NCBI RefSeq assembly: GCF_963921235.1
Contig: NC_086097.1
Location: forward strand, 63,056,001 to 63,120,000
DNA from: Mobula hypostoma
Taxonomy: Eukaryota
Direction of reading: 5' to 3'
Length of the DNA: 64,000 nucleotides
Shown: one piece after another, positions 62,384 through 64,000 of the stretch
How the letters are laid out: each line of letters opens with the position of its first letter
How positions within the stretch are numbered: the first letter of the stretch is position 1
The notes under the pieces: generated by a model
Told to the model about the DNA's origin: nothing
What the model saw: the letters and a program-made list of their open reading frames with translations, nothing else
Databases searched by the model: none
Translations under genes and position numbers: made by a program

Positions 62384-64000
62384 GAGTCAGACTGCTGCAG
62401 AAGAGGACATCAAGAAGGCCACAGTCACCAAGACTGCCCCTCTGAAGTCTACGGCTGGAGAAGTCATACCTGATCAAGGCAAGCAGCTTCAGTGCTGGGT
62501 TGCACACTATGTAGAGCTGAACTCAGCACAGGACGTGGTCACAAGTGCTGCACTCAAGGATATCCCAGATCCAGCAGCCGTGGAGGAGATGCACTGCCAA
62601 CACCGGAAGAACTCAGCAAAACTACTGAATATCTCATTTGCAGGAAGGCCCCTGGAAATGACGACATCCCTCCAGAAATTTTGAAGAGTGGCAAAACAGC
62701 ATTGCTGGACCATCTGCACGAGCTCCTCAGTCTCTGCTGGGAGAAAGGCTACATACCACAAGACCTTAAGATGCCAACATTGCCACTGCGTACAAGAACA
62801 AGGGTGATCACACTGATTATAATAACTACTGCTGCATCTCCCTCCTCAGCATCGGGGGAAGGTCTTGGCCCAATTTGTTTTGGCATAGCTGCAGCACCTT
62901 GCTCAAGGAGTTTACCCAGAGCAGCAGTGTAGTTTTAGCACAGGCAGATCCATTGTGGATATGATCTTCTCACTACACCAGCTGCAGGAGAAATGTCAGG
63001 AACAGCAAAACCCATCCTTCACTGCATTCATTGACTTGACAAAGGCATTCAACCTGCTTAGTGAAGTGAGCTCTTCAGGTTGCTGCAGAAGATAGGCAGC
63101 CCTCCCTCCAAAGCTGCTGGGGGTGATCAGTTTGTTCCATGAAGACATGCACAGTACCGTCTGCTTTAATAGCGCAACCTCAGGAAACTTGCCAGCGAGA
63201 AGTGGAGTAAAGCGAGGTTGCGTTCTGGCACCGGTATTCTTTGTCATTTCTTCTCCTTGCTGCTCTTGGAGAATGCGCCAAAGGAATCGTCTGACATAAC
63301 AGAGCTGACAACAAATCCTCCAACATTGATCACCTTCACTCTAAGACCGAGATCCGAGAGGTCTTCATTAGCAAGCGTCTTCACTGATAGCGCGGCACTG
63401 ACTCCCCATGCAGAAGGCCAACTGCAGCATTTCATTGACCACCTGTCTCATGCCTGTGAGGAGTTCAGGCTGACCATCAGCTTGAAGATAACAAATGTCA
63501 TGGCCCAGGACAGTGACTCCCTCCCATCAATGGTCACACTCCTTCACCTGTCTGGGGTCAACCATCACAAACTCTCTGTCCCTTGATGCTGAACTGAGCA
63601 ACAGAATAGCCAAGGCTGCAGCTGTTCTGGCTAGACTAAACAAGAGAACATCAAGCAATAGCCATCTGACTGCAACTACCCAACTGTATGTGTACCAGGC
63701 CTGTGCTCTTTGCACCCTCCTCTGCAGCAGAGAAACCTGGACAATCTGTGCTATCCAAGAGAAGAAACTGCACAGTTTTCACCTGCTCTGCCTCAGACGG
63801 ATCTTGCACATACCTTGGCCGGACAGAGTCACTAATATAGAGGTCTTACAAAGTGCAGACATTTCCACCGGAGACAACTCAGATGGTTAGGACACGTCAT
63901 CCGAATGGTCTCTGGTCAAATCCCGAAAGACCTGCTATATGGGCAGCTGGCAGAGTGTGTACACCCAGCTGGTCACCCACAGCTTTGCTTTAAGGACACC
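62382..64000 (+). mobile_element. RTE-clade LINE, sense segment (RT), runs off the window
   Basis: KTAPLKS, KAPGNDDIPPEILK, FIDLTKAF, GVKRGCVLAP, FTDSAAL, LRRILHIPW. Confidence 0.9.

Overview
Eukaryotic, apparently vertebrate, intergenic or intronic DNA; most of the window is decayed transposable elements. The repeat mix (many CR1 LINEs, Rex1/Babar, RTE, Penelope-derived palindromic repeats, Gypsy) resembles cartilaginous fish such as rays; this is inference from family resemblance, not a search. No host gene, rRNA, tRNA or CRISPR array can be supported, and nearly all listed ORFs are TE fragments or their antisense shadows. Main content: two copies of one Gypsy family; a five-level nested insertion (Tc1 > Gypsy > CR1 > inverted CR1 > solo LTR) at 11.3-23.5 kb; three solo LTRs with 4-bp TSDs; a near-intact CR1 ORF2; a Buster/Charlie hAT transposon; RTE, Rex1, Tx1 and Penelope elements. 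The most interesting signals are RNA-structural: many relics of minimal hammerhead ribozymes in two Penelope-type repeat families, one copy whose arm starts at the predicted cleavage site, and an HDV-like pseudoknot whose first base coincides with the 5' insertion boundary of an RTE-derived SINE. Two LINE copies show twin-priming-type 5' inversions. Boundaries without a stated TSD are approximate.
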